Shown: positions 62,527 to 64,000 of the stretch, piece after piece
Layout: every line of letters starts with the position of its first letter
Position numbering within the stretch: the stretch's first letter is position 1
Source of the DNA: a virus
Taxonomy: Duplodnaviria > Caudoviricetes
Reading direction: 5' to 3' (one strand)
Virus record (IMG/VR): IMGVR_UViG_3300028888_000053
Span: 148,278 to 212,277 of that record
Length of the DNA: 64,000 bases
Translations under genes and position numbers: made by a program
The notes under the pieces: generated by a model
The model's database searches: none
What the model was told of the DNA's origin: nothing
The model's input: only the letters and a program-made list of their open reading frames with translations

Positions 62527-63246
62527 ATGAGTATATGTGGATATATATATAAATATACATATTCAAATGGTAAGATTTACATAGGTCAAACGCGTGTATC
62601 TATACAAAAAAGACATGCACAACACATGTTTGAAGCGACACATAATAATAAATGTAAGACTTTATGTGAAAAAGCAATCCAAAAATATGGTGAACCACTA
62701 ATTGAAATAATTGAAACAATTGAAGTAAATGAAGATGAAGTAGATAAATTAATTTTATTATTGAATGAAGCAGAAATTAAATGGATCCATTATTATGATT
62801 CTACAAATATAAATAATGGATATAATATTCAACTAGGTGGCGAATATAATCATTTACCAAAAAAGATTTTAGAAGCAGAATGGTATAATTTATATAAAAA
62901 GTATAACTGTGGAGAACATTTGGCTTATATTAAAGATATATTAAATGCAGTCATCAAGAAAAATGGAATTGATAAAGACGGGAAAATTATACCATTTCAT
63001 TTAAAAAGTTCTGATTTAACCAAGGATGAACGAAAAATATTATATGGATTAACATTTAAAATTCACAATGAATACACAACTACTTTTATTGGAATAATAA
63101 AACGATTTAATGGATTTGATTATATTGATAATATAATAGAATATGCATTTGATAATTATATAGAAGATATAAGACAAAAACTTTGGAAACAAATAATGAA
63201 TAAGCAAGATAAAATTATTAAAATATGGTATAAAAAGAATATATGA
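62527..63246 (+). CDS. GIY-YIG endonuclease
   Basis: GYIYKY...GKIYIGQT...R...H; LNEAEIKWI...NGYN. Confidence 0.85.
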   Translation: MSICGYIYKYTYSNGKIYIGQTRVSIQKRHAQHMFEATHNNKCKTLCEKAIQKYGEPLIEIIETIEVNEDEVDKLILLLNEAEIKWIHYYDSTNINNGYNIQLGGEYNHLPKKILEAEWYNLYKKYNCGEHLAYIKDILNAVIKKNGIDKDGKIIPFHLKSSDLTKDERKILYGLTFKIHNEYTTTFIGIIKRFNGFDYIDNIIEYAFDNYIEDIRQKLWKQIMNKQDKIIKIWYKKNI

Positions 63247-64000
63247 TACTTAGTATTGACTTTAGAACAGATATTCCAGCCTTTTATCCACAATGGATTC
63301 TAAATCGTTTTAAAGAAGGATTTTTATATTTTAAGAATCCAATGGCCCCATCAACTTTACATAAAGTAATATTAGATAAAGAGCATATCGAAGGAATCTT
63401 TTGGTGTTCTAAGAATTATGCACCAATTTTTAATGATTTGCATAATATTACTGATAATTTTCCAAGCGTATTTCATTATACTATTACTGGGTATAATAAA
63501 GATATAGAACCAAATGTTCCTGATTTAGAGCAAACAATCGCAACATTTCAAGAATTATCGAAAAGATATGGGAAAGAAAAAGTAATATGGAGATTTGATC
63601 CTATTTTTTATACAACGAGTTTTGGAGAAGAGGAAAGAATAACTACATTTGAATATATTTGTAAGCAATTACATAATTATACTGATAGGGTTGTTGTAAA
63701 TTTCTGTACGCCTTATGATAAAGTCATAAAACATATGCCAGAAATAATCTTTCTTAATAACAAACAGAAAGAATCTATTATTCTAAAACTATTAGACATT
63801 TGTAAACATTATAATTTAAAGTTACAAATGTGTGGTAACGGATTACAATTTAAAAACTTGGATGGAATAGAAATTACTGGATGTCTTGATGAACATGTAT
63901 TGAATTTAATGGATGTGTATCCTTCAAAGAAATCTACGCCATCTCAGTTTGGTTGTATGTGTTATCCAAATACTTCCATAGGAGAATATAATACTTGTTT
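63243..64000 (+). CDS. DUF1848 family protein, truncated by the window end
   Basis: MILSIDFRTDIPAFYPQW...FWCSKN...IEPNVP...WRFDPI...CMC...IGEYNTC. Confidence 0.8.
   Translation, partial: MILSIDFRTDIPAFYPQWILNRFKEGFLYFKNPMAPSTLHKVILDKEHIEGIFWCSKNYAPIFNDLHNITDNFPSVFHYTITGYNKDIEPNVPDLEQTIATFQELSKRYGKEKVIWRFDPIFYTTSFGEEERITTFEYICKQLHNYTDRVVVNFCTPYDKVIKHMPEIIFLNNKQKESIILKLLDICKHYNLKLQMCGNGLQFKNLDGIEITGCLDEHVLNLMDVYPSKKSTPSQFGCMCYPNTSIGEYNTC

Noticed and set aside
1-64000. CRISPR array, integrase, transposase, DGR, inteins in PolB/DnaB/NrdD, structural genes
   Set aside because: No repeat-spacer periodicity or matching motifs seen; protein lengths leave no room for inteins
1-64000. Uniform TAG-to-Gln reassignment across all genes
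   Set aside because: Several ORFs appear to end at TAG near or overlapping the next start, so usage looks mixed; short read-through extensions cannot be excluded

Overview
AT-rich, densely packed, all-plus-strand segment of a large tailed phage. Gene content (DnaB, zinc-finger/Toprim primase, PolB, SF1 and SF2 helicases, NrdDG) and TTG-N20-TAnAnTTG promoters suggest a Bacteroidota host; the phage is crAss-like by gene content (inferred, not searched). Highlights: (1) three tRNA genes (Arg-UCU, Lys-UUU, Leu-UAA), each split between anticodon positions 34 and 35 by a related group I intron; one intron carries an HNH ORF and another an embedded tRNA-like cloverleaf. (2) Selective amber recoding: an M15 endolysin has three in-frame TAGs and a Holliday-junction resolvase has TAG at codon 4, while several neighbouring genes end in TAG. 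(3) A complete deamidating NAD+ salvage set (PncA, PncB, NadM-type NMNAT, NadE, Nudix), different from the NARP1/NARP2 anti-defence routes. (4) An abutting phiEco32-like peptide-ligase cluster with an extra duplicated gene pair. (5) Envelope-directed accessory genes (GT2-Stealth fusion, O-glycosylation-sequon lipoprotein, MgtC, PspC, PI-PLC) and candidate structured or antisense small RNAs. All calls are from visual motif recognition; no database searches were run.
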